DNA of 64,000 nt, taken from Vicugna vicugna (taxonomy: Eukaryota). Shown one piece after another: positions 12,807 to 26,003 of this stretch (its first letter is position 1; every line of letters starts with the position of its first letter). A program made the translations under genes and the position numbers. The DNA lies in the NCBI GenBank assembly GCA_013265495.1, contig MU057375.1, forward strand, positions 1 through 64,000. Reading direction: 5' to 3'. Under the pieces are notes generated by a model. That model had not been told where the DNA came from. It saw only the letters and a list, made by a program, of their open reading frames with translations, and did no database searches.

Positions 12807-14180
12807 CCCAATGTACACTCCACTCTGGGCACCTACCCCCTCCCTGTGCAGATAAGCCTGAGCCCTCCAGTGAGGGGATTGGGATCCCCCTTTCCAGGGG
12901 CCACGTGTTGCCCTTCCTTTTGCCTTCTGCTGCCCTGACTGTGGCAGCCGTGTCACCACCCACAGGGTACTGTGCCCTTCATGACCCCCTCTGCAGTCCC
13001 TTCTTCATCCTGCCTTCCACTGCGGGAGAATCATCTTCCTTTGAGTGATGCTTGAAGGAGTGGAAGGGGCCACACAGCCACCCCATCACTGCCTACCTGA
13101 GGAGGGAGCAGCTGTGGTGAGTTCCTGAGACACATGACAGCCCCAGCAGAGTCATCCCTCAGGCTGAGGCCTGCAGCTCTCAACCTGCATGGGGAAGTGC
13201 CAGTTTCAGGAAGCACATTTCCTGCAAGCTCAGCAGTGAGTGAAGCCCTGTGGGAGGAACACTAAAGCCAAGAGCCTGGGGCAGCTCCTGCCAGACTAGA
13301 GATGGCTGGAAGCTGTGGGGAGGAGACATCTCTTGTGGCCTGGAAGGCTGCCTCTGGGGATGGAGGGTCAAAAGCACCCCAGGACAAGCGAGAAATCTAG
13401 GAGTCAGCTTCCTGGTTCCACCCTCAGCCTAATAACTACAGCTTCTGAAGAAATTCACCCCCGAGGTGGGGCTGGCTGTGTGGCTGCAGAGGGCTCTGAT
13501 GTTGAAACCCTCGGGCCCCAGGGCAGAGAGCTGGCTGCCACAGAGAGATGGATTTTAGCTTGAACTCATCCAGCCTTGGAACGATATTCAACAGCTCCCT
13601 GGCCTGCCTGTTTCACATGTGTCTCCACTCCTGGTTTGTTCTGCATTCCTTAGAGCACTGCTGGCCCTGCATGGTTGTCACAGGTGGGATCTGACCATAT
13701 CAATATTCCAACCCACCCTTGTTCAACCTGTCACTTCCCTTCTGAAAATTTTCAGTGTCCCCGGAACTTCAAGGTGAACTTCAAACTATATCTTCCAGCT
13801 TTCAAGGCTCCCATCTTCCTTTCCAGTCTTATCTCAGTTTCCCCTTCAGCCACTGCCCTAAACTGAGCACCCCACTTGCATTCACCCCCTCACTCTGCAT
13901 TTCTCTCCTCCATCTACCCATGTCTTGTTCATCCTCTCACACCCATGGCCCCTGCTCTGAACTCTCAGCATGCTCCTGTGTGTTCCCCATGAGCTCTTTG
14001 TGCTCACTACCATGTAGCATTATTTGATTCATGCCATCTCAGTCACTGCCACTTGACTATTATCTTTAGGAAGAAAGAAAAATGTTTTACCTGTACTCCC
14101 ACTGTGCCAGGATCCAAAAATTTAAGTAGGGATGGGTGAATCCCCTTTTGTGAGCATTCTCCCCACCAAGGGTTATGTCT

Positions 14181-14197
14181 GACACTAGGTGGCGCCA
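14181..14197 (+). promoter_or_regulatory. Candidate CTCF site
   Basis: GACACTAGGTGGCGCCA closely matches the CCASYAGRKGGCRS core and retains its CpG. Motif match only. Confidence 0.4.
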
Positions 14198-15150
14198 AGG
14201 AGCCTATTCCAATTGGAACCAGATGTTCTGACCTGACAACTCCTGAGCCACAGATACCCTTGATCTTTCCTATGAAAATAAAGGCAGCCATTCAGGCAAA
14301 AGGTGAGACAATTATATCAAGGTGTGAATTATATCCTGGTGCCTGAGGAGGCAACACACAGTCTCTGCCAAGATTCCTTCCAAAAGACACAGCACAAAAG
14401 CACCCGATGAAGCCCAGCTTTGATCTTTCCCTCAGGCTGCCTGGGAGACAGGGTGGGTCCAGGGCACCTAGCAGCACCCATGCCCCTTTCTGACATGGCC
14501 TCTGGGATCAGGACTAGGGGTGATTGGTGAATCAAGGCAAAAATCTGGCAGGGGTCCACTGCCCCCTGCGTGATTCAAACATACCCCCAGGGCAGGCAAG
14601 TCTAGCACCAACTTTCAAATCAACCACCAATGAAGCCTGATGGAGATCCCAGGGAAGGGGCAGACAGATCATACCTTGCTTGGAGGGGAGGCCCATGGTG
14701 GGTGGTTGTCCTCAGGGTGGGTGAGGTGCTGGGTTATCCCTCTCAGGCAAGGCTAACTTGCAGCCCTGTCCAAGGTTATTCCTGGGGGTGATCTTTCTCA
14801 AATGGGTGCAGAAAACCTCAGGTGAGTGCAGGAAATCATCTGGCTGTGGTCCCCTCTCCTGCCCACCCAGCTCCTCTGGGTAAGTCAGCACGGAGTCGTG
14901 GCAGCATCCATACCTAGTAGAGCAAGGGGCACAACACACTAGCCCAGCCAGTGCTGGCAGAGCATGAATGTCTCACCAAGACAGGCCTGCACAGAAGGGG
15001 ACTCGGAGCCTATCTCCTGTTTACTTCTGGCCCTCTAGCATCCCTTCCCCTGTCCAGGCTTCCTCTACCAGGGATCATCCCAATAAAATAGGTATCTTTA
15101 CAAAAGGGTCCAGGAACAGCATGACCCTCCAGTAAAAGGAGCAAGTCTCA

Positions 15151-15255
15151 GGGGGTGGGAATAGCTCAGTGATAGAGTGTGTGCTTAACATGCACAAGGT
15201 TCTGGATTCAATCCCCAGTGTCTCCATTAGAAAAAATATAAATAAGTAATTTTAA
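15151..15255 (+). mobile_element. tRNA-Ala-derived SINE (camelid vic-1-like)
   Basis: GGGGGTGGGAATAGCTCAGTGATAGAGTGTGTGCTTAACATGCACAAGGTTCTGGATTCAATCCCCAGTGTCTCCA has degenerate A and B boxes and is followed by an AT-rich tail. Confidence 0.8.
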
Positions 15256-15800
15256 AAAAGAATAAAATAATGCCATTTGCAGCAACATGTATGGACCTGG
15301 AGATCATCATTCTAAGTGAAGTAAGCCAGAAAGAGAAAGAAAAATACCATATGAGGTATCTAAAAGGAAGGAAGGACGGAAAGAAAGAAAGGAAGGAAGG
15401 AAGGAAGGAAGGAAGAAAGAAAGAAAGAAAGGGAAAGAAAGAAGGAAAGAAAAGAAAGAAAGAGAGAAAGAAAGAAAGATAAAAGAGGACACTGATGAAG
15501 TTGTCTATGGAACAGACTCTCAGACATAGTGAACAATCTTATGGGTTACTAGGGTAAAGAGGGTGGGAGGAGATAAGTTTGGGAGTTTGAGATTTGCAGA
15601 TGTTAACCACTATATCTAAAAATAAAGAACAAATTTATTCTGTATAGTGCAGGGAACTATATTCAATATCTTGTAGTACCCTTTAATGAAAAAGAATATG
15701 AACACAAATATGTGTATGTATATGCATGACTGGGACACTGTGCTATGCACCAAAAATGAACACATTGTAACTGACTATACTTCAATTAAAAAAAAAAAAG
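15256..15800 (+). mobile_element. L1 3' end fragment containing an expanded (GAAA/GGAA)n tract
   Basis: ORF2 end MPFAATCMDLEIIILSEVSQKEKEKYHM, purine microsatellite 15362-15485, 3' UTR and poly-A at ~15787-15799. Confidence 0.92.
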
Positions 15801-18041
15801 AAAGCGAAGGAAATATTACAATGCAGAACAACAACAACAAAAAGAGATGGGCCCTTTTTCATAATTCTTACTAACACTGCTTCATACATAGGTAAAATGG
15901 GGTTCTTCCTAGAAGGGGAGATTTAAGGAACCTGATCCCTAAATCTCTCTCCCACTGGCTTTTAAATATATGAAAGTGTACAATTAGAGATAATTTTTTT
16001 GGATTCTAAAATCTAGCTCTAAATGACTTTTTCGCTAAAAGACAAATAGTCCTATTGAGGAGTAATACTTTAGCTCTTCCCAGCTAATTAATTGGTTGGC
16101 TACCAGTTAAGAATAAGCTGGAAAAGTGCGTACAGGAGATACTTTAGGAGGGTATGAACAGCCAGAGGAAGGAGGGGCCACAGAGCTAGATTTTGCTAAT
16201 TTCACAGTCTTGCCTGGCTTGGTCCAACAGCCCACTTGAGATAAGCAATGAGTAAGCTTATAGACGCATCATCACTGGTCCTAAAGAACGAGGCATGCAG
16301 TAATTTTCTAACTAGGAGTTGAAAGGAAGGTACAGGCAACCATTAATGATGCAAATAGCATCTTATATACAGGTGGAAAATTCTTACATTTTTTAGTAAA
16401 TAATTTGTTACCCAAATTCTCTCAAATCCAGCAGACATTTTTCTGGGGGGAGTTTTTTTTTTTAATTGGTATAATAGGAGAAATGGACAATGCCATTCAT
16501 TTATTCATTCATTCATTCTGTGAATAAATTGACCAATGTTTCTTCTGTGCTTACAGGGGTCTGGTACAGGGATTCAGGATACAAAAGTAATGGAAGGCAC
16601 AGTTCCTGACTCTGAAAAAGTTACATCTGTGTTGGGAGATGAATGATACATACACGAAACAACTGGGGAAAGCACAATACTCGTTAAAATCAGATGTTCA
16701 GGTGCTTGGTTCAGACTGCAAGCACTATGGAAATTGAGAAGCAAGAAAGATCACACAAAGGAGAGAAATCAAATAGCAGTTACTTTGAAAGGGATTGCAT
16801 GAAGCTGCTCTTCCTGTCTCAGATGTCAGCAGTAAACTGTGCCTTTTATCACCCTGGGAAAGGCTGAAATCAAGGCTGTGTGATATTCCACACCTGCCTT
16901 GGACAAATCCAGCACATCCCTCTCTGAGAATAGCCTATCAACCACCTAGACAAGGAAACCAATCATGGACTCCTGAAAGTTCTAAAATAATTTAAAAAAA
17001 TAAAAAGAAACAATTTCTATTCTTGGTGTGTAAGTTCTTTGTGATGCATTATGAGCTTCATTATTCTGGTATGTGGATTGCAATTTGGACCTGCTACATC
17101 CACAAAGTCAGGTTCATTTTTGTTCAGATTTAGGAAACTGTTGCCACAGTTCCATAATCTAACATGCAGTACATATTTGAATGTACAAGCCAGCTGTTTG
17201 GTAGAATGTCCCTCAGTTTGAGTTTTACCAATTATTTCTTCATAATTATCCATTTTATGTCTTTGAGCCCAACTTAATTTGTATTTTATGCCTCCACCAG
17301 GCCAGTCCCTTGGGTTGGGCAACAGAGGCAGTCATTTCAGGTCCAAGCTTGAGGGCTTATCATTAGGTGCTGCACCTTATCCATGTTGACAAAGCATTAT
17401 TGGAATTAAATTTCAAGTTTTCTATCTTTAACAGCCTTTCAAAGAGCCTATGAAAGACACTAACAACATGGACCCTTTCAAATGTTCTATCTTGGCTGTA
17501 AACCTCTGGATCCCTCACCCTTTCAGGGATGGCCCTGGCCCTATTCATACATGGTGGTGAAAACAGTCTAAGTCCATTTGGACATGTCACAACTTTTCCT
17601 CAATTCTGGTTCAGTTCTGGAGGCTTCTTAGGTGCTAATTTGTCAGAGTCTGAGGAGGAGACTCTGCGTGATGAACTCATCTCTCCACACAGGTATCTAC
17701 TGACCTGTGACCACCATGGTTGGTGCTTGAGCCTTGGTTCATGCAGGCCCCTTGGAAGATTGTCTCCCTGGTACTTTCTGGACTGCTGGCTCTTTCTACT
17801 ACTTTCCTACTACTCTCAAGCATGGACAGCAAGACACTTGATGAGTGAAATGAAATCCCTAACTTCTTAGGATTTGCTGACTCCTCAGAGAACAAGCAGA
17901 CAGAGCCATTCTCAGTGTAAATCACTGACATGTTATGTAGTCATAACCTCTTCTCCCATCCGCCACCCATCCCCAACTCTTCAGTTCAGAAAATCCTTTT
18001 CTAACCTGAAGTCTTGCCTTTACTCAAATCTTGTATGTAGA

Positions 18042-18210
18042 CCAGTGGTTCTCAAAGCATGATTCCTGGTCCACCAGCATCAATATCACCTAGGAACATG
18101 TTAGCATGCAAAATATCTTCCACTTCAGTTAGCCCTAATAAATCAGGAAAACTTCTTAGAGTAAGATCTGGTAATCTTTGTTTTAATAAGCTCCCCAGAT
18201 GATTTGGGTG
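18042..18210. mobile_element. MER5A-like hAT-Charlie DNA transposon relic
   Basis: cagtggttctcaaa...ccagcatcaatatcacctag...ttttaataagctccccagatgatt. Confidence 0.7.
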
Positions 18211-18271
18211 CTATATAAAGAGGTTTTAAAACTACATATTTACACTTTGAGCTCTTTTTCTTTCCCTCATG

Positions 18272-18460
18272 CATTGGTTCTCAAATTTTAACATACATCA
18301 GAATCACCTGGATGGCTTGTTAAAACAGATTTTTGGGTCCTACCTGCAAAATTTCTGATTCACCAGGTTTGAAGAGAGGCCTGACAATTTGCATTTCTAA
18401 CAAGTTTCCAGGTGATGCTGATGCTGCTGGCCAGGGAACCACATTTCAGAGAACTGTTCT
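18272..18460. mobile_element. MER5A-like relic in opposite orientation to its neighbour
   Basis: tggttctcaaa...catcagaatcacctgga..gcttgttaaaacaga...tttgcatttctaacaagtt.ccaggtgatgctgatgctgctgg...ccacattt.agagaac. Confidence 0.8.
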
Positions 18461-21079
18461 CCACATAAATGGTTTTAGCTCCATAATTGTCAATTCTCCT
18501 CCTTCCATATCTCCCAGTAGGATCCATCTAATTATTATTGCTAATGTAATCAGATGTATTCTCTAGAAATCTTCTTATATGTAGCTTTTTCCAATCCAGA
18601 ACCATCTATCACAACTTTGCCAAGTTTACTTCTATTTTTGAAAGCCAATATTTGATGTTAGACCAGCAGTGCTTAAGGGTTTTCATCCTAAGTTCCTCTC
18701 CAATTCAAGGGCTCCCATAGCTAATCCATCTGTAGGACATCCCACAAGATTCAGAAAGAGGAAAAATGCCTACTGTTCACCTTGTAAGATCTGTTTTACA
18801 AATAGCAGATTAGAGTTTCATTGGCTTCTCTGCAGAACCCAGAGACTGAGCAAAACTTGCTTCTTGGGGAATATACAGGAATCAGAGAAAAGGGGATGGA
18901 CAGGCAGGTTGGGGGGAGCAAATGCTTTGAGAGTAATTTAGTTACTCTTTCAGATGAAGGTTTTTTGTCATGGTTTGGGGCAGAAGAGAGAAGCAATTTA
19001 ACCGCATGACATCTTGCAGTTTAATTTTTGGCTCCAGTATCCCCAGATTTAAGGAGAATAAAAAGTGGCCACCTCCCCCCTTTCCTGCTTAGTTGTGTTT
19101 AAATCCACTTCTCCCCTGCAGCGTCATCAGGGTCCCCAAAGCCCCTGATCCCACTTATTTTTCACCTGGCCTCCTGAAGAGATGCCAAGTCTTTTTTTGC
19201 CTAATTACCACAGAACAATTACTTTAAGTCTGCAGAGCACAGTCACATTCTCAGCTAGGCAAGGAACCACTTCAGAGAACTGTTTCTTCTAATTTTATTT
19301 TTTTCCCCCATGAAATCCTGTTTTGTTAAGTGAGCCACATGGTTCTGAATGAAAGCACTAAAAAGAACACACTGAGTATTAGTTACCACAATTATTTGGA
19401 TGGTTCAGCATCATTTATTAATAATTCCAAGCATTGTTATTATTAGGGCAGTCTTGAGGGTTCCCTGAACATGAATAGGACTGTTGCACTTAAAGCAAAG
19501 TTGCAGAGACTTTTCTGCTGAAACAACACTCCTATCAGCACAACATGGACAGATGTGGATTTCTTTCCTTATACTTGTGTCCAAAAGAATGGGATTGCTT
19601 GTGTTTTTCAGATGTTTGCTATGGTTTTCTACCTCAATCTTCTTACCCTTCCTGGCATTAATCACAGCACCTTATTTCTCATGGCATTCAGTAAATATTT
19701 ATTGAGTTGAACTGTGGAGACCGCCAATTAAAGATTGGAATCAAGGCTTTTCTACTTCACTCTTCTTTGTGAAGCCAGCAATTCCAAAACAACAATAGCA
19801 ACCCACAGAGAAGAACATGAGATAATGAAGGAGCAATGCCAAGGAACAACAGTCTATGAGGGATACCTGTAAACTGTATTAATATGTGGTCCAAACACAG
19901 GGACATGGCAAGAATGAGCACAAACCTTGACAGGTCTTGAGGAGCACATGGATTTATTCTAAGAAGCTGGCCATGTTGAGGGCCACACCATTATTTACTT
20001 TCTTGTTATCAGTAGGTCTGGCAGGGTGGAGGTAGGCTTTTGGGAGTATCCCAAACCTGGGTTAGCACCATAGGGTGGCAGGAGATACAAGGTTAAATGA
20101 AAGTCTGTGTGGACCTACCATTTCTACAAGAGGCTGTCAATTTAATGGGGTAAATGAGTGAATGAGCCTAAGTGACAATGAGCTCCACTGCTACTGATAC
20201 TAGATAAAGAAAATAATCAGGAACAATAAACACTAAATTATCATACCAAAAAACCATTGAATACAGGAGACACGTGAACATTCTGCTTACCCCAAAACTG
20301 GTTTCAGAACATTAGACTTTGAGAACATGCAATGTGGACATGTATATGGTACAAAAGAGTGAGGAAGTCCTAAGTTCAAGCTACCTTCTTTCTCTACTCA
20401 GTTCACAAACCCTCCCTACACAATATTTTATAAGTAACTGATCCAGAGGGAATTGGTCCCATTCAAAGTTGACTAATCACCAAATAACAACCAGAAAGAA
20501 AAAAAAAAGTACATGAGAAGCAAAAATCAGGTGAAGAATATTCACCAGATGAAGGCATGCCATGGAATATGTTTCCCCTTAATTATCAACTTAACTAAAG
20601 ACAATGTGGTCTCTAGAAATAAGAAATTAAAGGAGAGAAAATTATTCAAGTGTATGAAGAAAGGAGCTGATGAGTGAGTAGTCAAAGCTTTGGGAAAGGA
20701 TGAAAGAGTAAAAATAAAACCATTATAGATCCAGAAGCCACAAGGAATCAATAATAAGGCAAAGAAGGCAAGAGAGAAGCAAATGTGAAAGAACATAATT
20801 AAGCAGACTCTAAGACAAAAAGAAGCATACAGAAGACAAAGGAAAACTATCCTTACTGCATTAGAGGAAAAGAACAGGTTAAATAGAAAAAAGTGCTAAA
20901 GTTATAAGAAAAAGCTTTGGAGGTTGCTGAAGACTTGACTCTCTTGACCTCACCTCCTTCAGGACTTTGCTCAAATCTCACTGTATCAATAAGATTTTCC
21001 CTAATGACCATAGTTAAAATATCCACCTGGATTCTATCTCCCTTCCCTACCTTATTTTTCTCAGTGCAATACCTGAAGT

Positions 21080-22340
21080 ATAAATTACACTAAATGGGAT
21101 TAACAGTAGCTTAGACACCACAGGGAAAAGACATAACATCAAATAAAATGCAGATTGGGAAAAACCTTGAGAACACATTGAATGGAACATCAGTGTTGTG
21201 AGATCATATCAAGCAGTTAAAATATGTGTAATTGGAATCCTGGAATGGGAGAGGAGAGAGAAAAAATGTTTGAGGAATTAATGTCTGAAAAATGTCTAAA
21301 TTTGATGAATACTCTAAACTTGCAAATATAAGAAGCCCAATGAACCACAAAGAAAGAACAAAGAAAATCACACCAAGACACATCATGATCAAATTGTTGA
21401 AAAGCACTGGCTATAAGAAGAAAATTGTAAATGCAGGTGGGGGTGAGGGAGGACACAGTAATAGAAAAGTAAAAAGGCAGACAGCAGACTTCTGGTCAGA
21501 GCCAGAGGACAATGAGATAGTATCTTTAAAGCACTGAAAGAAAAAGCGCCAGCCTCAAATTCAGTAAACTACAAACATCTCCTTCAAAAATGAAAGTTAA
21601 GTACAGACTTTTTAAAGGTGAATGAAAACTGAGAAAGTTTATTGCCAGCAGGCCTATGCTACAAATAATGTTTAAATGTACAAAGAAATTCTTCAGACAG
21701 AATGTGATACTAGAAGAAATTTGGATCTACACAAAAGAATAAAGAGCACTGAAATTGGTAATATGTGATTAAATATAAGATACATTTTCCTCATTTAAAA
21801 AAAATCTCTTTAAAAGATATTTGTTCAGAGAAAATAAGCACATATTGTGAGATTTATAACATATGTAGAACTAAAATAAAAGACAATAATGTACTTTTTT
21901 CTTTTTTGGAGGGGAGAAGTGGTAGTACCCTGTTGTAAGGTTCTCAAAATATATAGGAAGTGTTATAAAATTATTTAAAGGTAGACAATAATAAAATACT
22001 TATCTTATAAACTGTAGAACAACTACTACAAAAGAAAAAGAGGGTGTATCTACTAAGCTGATAGTGGAATGGAATACTAAAATATTTTTTTAAGTAGAAA
22101 AGGGAGAAAAAAGGAGCAAAGAATAGATGGGACAGAGAGAAAACAAATAGCAAAAGAATATATCTTAATCCTAATATTACTCATAGCATTACATGTAAAT
22201 GACATCAGAGGTTTCTACAAGCAATCCGCCTTGTATATAAAGATACAAATAGGATAGAAATAAAAAAGATGAAACACACTGATCTTAAGAATTCTGGAGT
22301 GACTACATTAATACCAGACAAAAGAGATTTCACAACATGG
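21080..22340 (+). mobile_element. Old L1M fragment (ORF1 C-terminus to ORF2 start)
   Basis: ORF1-like KITPRHIMIKLLK...KRQTADF, followed by degenerate endonuclease-start sequence at ~22170-22340. Confidence 0.7.
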
Positions 22341-22349
22341 AATGTAACC

Positions 22350-23200
22350 AGGAGTAAATAATACTTTTTAATTTGTTGTGTGCTTTGGTTAATTTCTAGA
22401 GTTTGAAATCATAGTTTTTGACAATTTTGTTAAGTTTTATCATTGTTTTCTGGGGATAATATTTTCTGAACTCCTCATTCAGGCGTTCTGGAAGCTACAG
22501 CCCCTACCTGGAACTTTATAGGAATGATTATTGAATTTGTTGTGTCTTTTTACTCATTTTTGGTATGATCAGATTTTTCCCTTGTTGCTCTAATGAATTA
22601 CCCTGATATATTTCCTAATGTACAGCAGCCTTTGCACTCTTTGAATAAATCCTGATTATCCATGTTGTTTTATTCTTTAGTTACACTGCTAGATTCTATA
22701 TGCTTTTTGGAAAAGAGATTACAGTTATCTATTTCTTCTTAACAAGGTTTTGGTGTAAAACTTTGTGCAGTAATGTTGTGCAGGCTTTGTCAAATGAATC
22801 AGGAGCTTCTGTATTTTTTTTTCCGTGGCTTAGAATCATTCAGATTACATAGGAACTATCTGTTCTTTAAAGGTTAGATAGATTTTGGATATAAAACCAG
22901 TACGTAACTTTTTAGTGAAAGGTCTTTTTTGACTTTTCCAATGTCTTCTGTGGTAATTGGTTTATTCAAAATATTTTCTATTTTCTTCCTGGGTTAATTT
23001 TGGTTATTTATATTTTACTGAGAAATTACCCATTTCCTCTGGATTTGCAAATTTGTTGCCATGAAGCTTCATATAATTCTGTCTTATAATAATAATTAAA
23101 AAAACTCTGATATTGTAATTTGTCTCTTTTCTCATTCCTAATTATTCAGATGTTTACTTTCTCTTCTATTTTCTTAATCAAGTTTGCACTAGGCTATGTA
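22350..23200 (-). mobile_element. Old L1M fragments
   Basis: T-rich degenerate antisense-L1-like sequence; boundaries approximate. Confidence 0.5.
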
Positions 23201-23213
23201 TTTTATTGTTGAT

Positions 23214-26003
23214 TTTATTTTATTTTATTTTACTTTATTTTATTTTATTTTATTTCTGAAACTTTTTTTATTGAGTTATAGTCATTTTACAATTTGTGTC
23301 AAATTCCAGTGTAGAGCACAATTTTTCAGTTATACATGAACATACATACATTCATTGTCAGAATCTCTTTCGCTGTGAGCCACCACAAGATCCTGTATAT
23401 ATTTCCCTGTGCTACACAGTACAATCTTGTTTATCTATTCTACATTTTGAAATCCCAGTCTGTCCCTTCCCACCCTCTATCCCCTTGGCAACTACAAGCT
23501 TGTATTCTATTCTATGTCTAAGAGTCTGCTTCTGTTTTTTTTTTTTTTAATATTCCACATATGAGCGATCTCATATGGTATTTTTCTTTCTCTTTCTGGC
23601 TTACTTCACTTAGAATGACATTCTCCAGGCACATCCATGTTACTGCAAATGGTGATACATTGTCAGTTTTTATGGCTGAATAGTATTCCATTGTATAAAT
23701 GTACCACTCCTTCTTTATCCAGTCATCTGTCAATGGACATTTAGGATATTTCCATGTCTTGGCTATTGTAAATAGTGCTGCTATTGGGGTGCAAGTGTCA
23801 TTTTGAAGTAGAGTTCCTTCTGGATATATGCTGGGGAGCAGGATTCCTCAGTCAGATGGTGAGTTTATTCCTAGTCTTGAGGAATCTCCATACTGCTTTC
23901 CACAGTGGCTGCACCAAACTGCATTCCCACCAGCAGAGTAGAAGGTTCCCTTTTCTCCACAGCCTCTCCAGCATTTGTCGTATGTGGACTTTTGAATAAG
24001 GGCCGTTCTGACTGGTGTGAGGTGATACCTCATTGTAGTTTTAATTTGCATTTCTCTGATAATTAGTGATATTGAGCATTTTTTCATGAGCCTATTGATC
24101 ATTTGCATTTCTTCCTTGGAGAATTCCTTGTTTAGGTCTTCTGCCCATTTTTGGATTGGGTTCTTTGTTTTTTTCTTATTAAGTCATATGAACTGTTTAT
24201 ATATTCTGGAGATCAAGCCTTTGTTGTTTTTATTTGCAAAAATTTTCTCCCATTCCGTGCATTGTCGTTTTGTCTTACTTATGGTTTCCTTTGCTGTGCA
24301 GAAGCTTGTAAGTTTAATTAGGTCCCAATTGTTTATTCTTGCTTTTATTTATATTTCTTCAGTAGACAGCCCTAGGGGAACATTTTTGAGATGTATGTCA
24401 GATAATATTTTGCCAATATTTTCTTCTAGGAGGTTTATTGTATCTTGTCTTATGTTTATGTCTTTGATCCATTTTGAGTTTATTCTTTTTATAGTGTAAG
24501 GGAGTGTTCTAGATTCACTGATTTATATGATGCTGTCCAGTTTTCCCAACACCATTTGCTGAAGAGACTGTCTTTATTCCATTGTATATTGTTGCCTCCT
24601 TTGTCAAAGATTAGTTGACCAAAAGTTTGTGGGTTCATTTCTGGGCTCTTTATTCTGTTCTATTGGTCTATATGTCTTTTTTTGTACCAATAACATGATG
24701 TTTGATTACTGTAGCTCTGTAGTATTGTCTGAAATCTAAGATAGTTATTCCTCCAGCCTCTTTCTTTTTCTTCAGTAATGCTTTGGCAATTCTAGGTCTT
24801 TTGTGGTTCCATATAAATTTTATTATGATTTGTTCTAGTTCTGTGAAATATGCCCTGGATAATTGGATAGGGATTGCATTAAATCTGTAGATTGCCTTGG
24901 GCAGTATGACCATTTTAACAATATTGATTCTTCCAACCCAACAGCATGGGATATCTTTCCATTTTTTATATCTTCTTTAATTTCCTCAATCAATGTTTTA
25001 TAGTTCTCCATGTATAAATTTTTCACCTCTTTAGTTAGATTTATTCCTAGATATTTTATTACTTTGGGTGCTATTTTAAAGGGGATTGTTTCGTTATTTT
25101 CTTTTCCTATTGATTCATTTTTAGTGTAAAGAAATGCAGCTGATTTTAGTATGTTAATCTTGTAACGTGCTACCTTGCTGAATTCTTTGATTAGTTCCAG
25201 TAGTTTTTGTGTGGACCTTTTAGGGTTTTCTATATATAGTATCATGTCTTCTGCATATAATGACAATTTTACCACTTCTTTTCCAATTCGGATCCATTTT
25301 ATTTCTGTCTCTTGCCTGATTGCTGTGGCTAGGACTTTCAAGACTATGTTGAATAGGAATAGCGAGAGTGGTCAGCCTTGTCTTGTTCCAGATTTTAGTT
25401 GGAAGGCTTTGAGTTTTTCACCATTGAGTACTATGCTGGCTAAGGTTTGTCATATATAGCTTTTGTTATGTTGAGCTATGTTCCTTCTATACCACTTTGG
25501 TGAGAGTTTTTATAATAAATGGGTATTGAATTTTATGAAATGAGTTTTCTGCATCGATTGAGATGATCATGTGGTTTTTGTCCTTTCTCTTGTTAATGTG
25601 ATGTATTACATTGATTGATTTGGGTATGCTGAACCATTCTTTTGTCCCTGAGATGAACCCAACTTGATCATGGTCTATAACCTTTTCTATGTGCTGTTGG
25701 ATTCTATTTGCTAATATTTTGGTAAGGATTTTTGCATCTATGTTCTTCAGTGTTATTGGTCTGTAATTCTCTTTTTTGGTAGTGTATTTGCCTGGTTTTG
25801 GTTTCAGGGTTATGGTGGCTTCACAGAATGAGTTTGGGAGTATTCCCTCCTCTTCAAACTTCTGGAAGAGTTTGAGAAGGACCGGTATGAGTTCCTCTTT
25901 GTATATTCGGTAGAATTCCCTGGAGAAGCCATTCGGTCCTGGAATCTTATTTGTAGGGAGTTTTTTTATTGCTAATTCATTTCATTTTTAGTGATTGGTT
26001 TGT
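23214..26003 (-). mobile_element. 5'-truncated L1 (ORF2 RT to 3' end)
   Basis: Minus-strand ORFs [43 protein letters not shown] and WYIYTMEYYSAIK; (TTTTA)n tail at 23214-23255. Confidence 0.97.

Noticed and set aside
15151..15226. Functional tRNA-Ala gene
   Set aside because: Stems and boxes are mutated, there is a 5' G extension, and an AT-rich tail replaces the T-run terminator, so it is a SINE.
15850..20600. Possible exons in unique AT-rich sequence (e.g. ORF 17529-17870)
   Set aside because: No recognisable protein motif or consistent splice pattern could be supported by eye.
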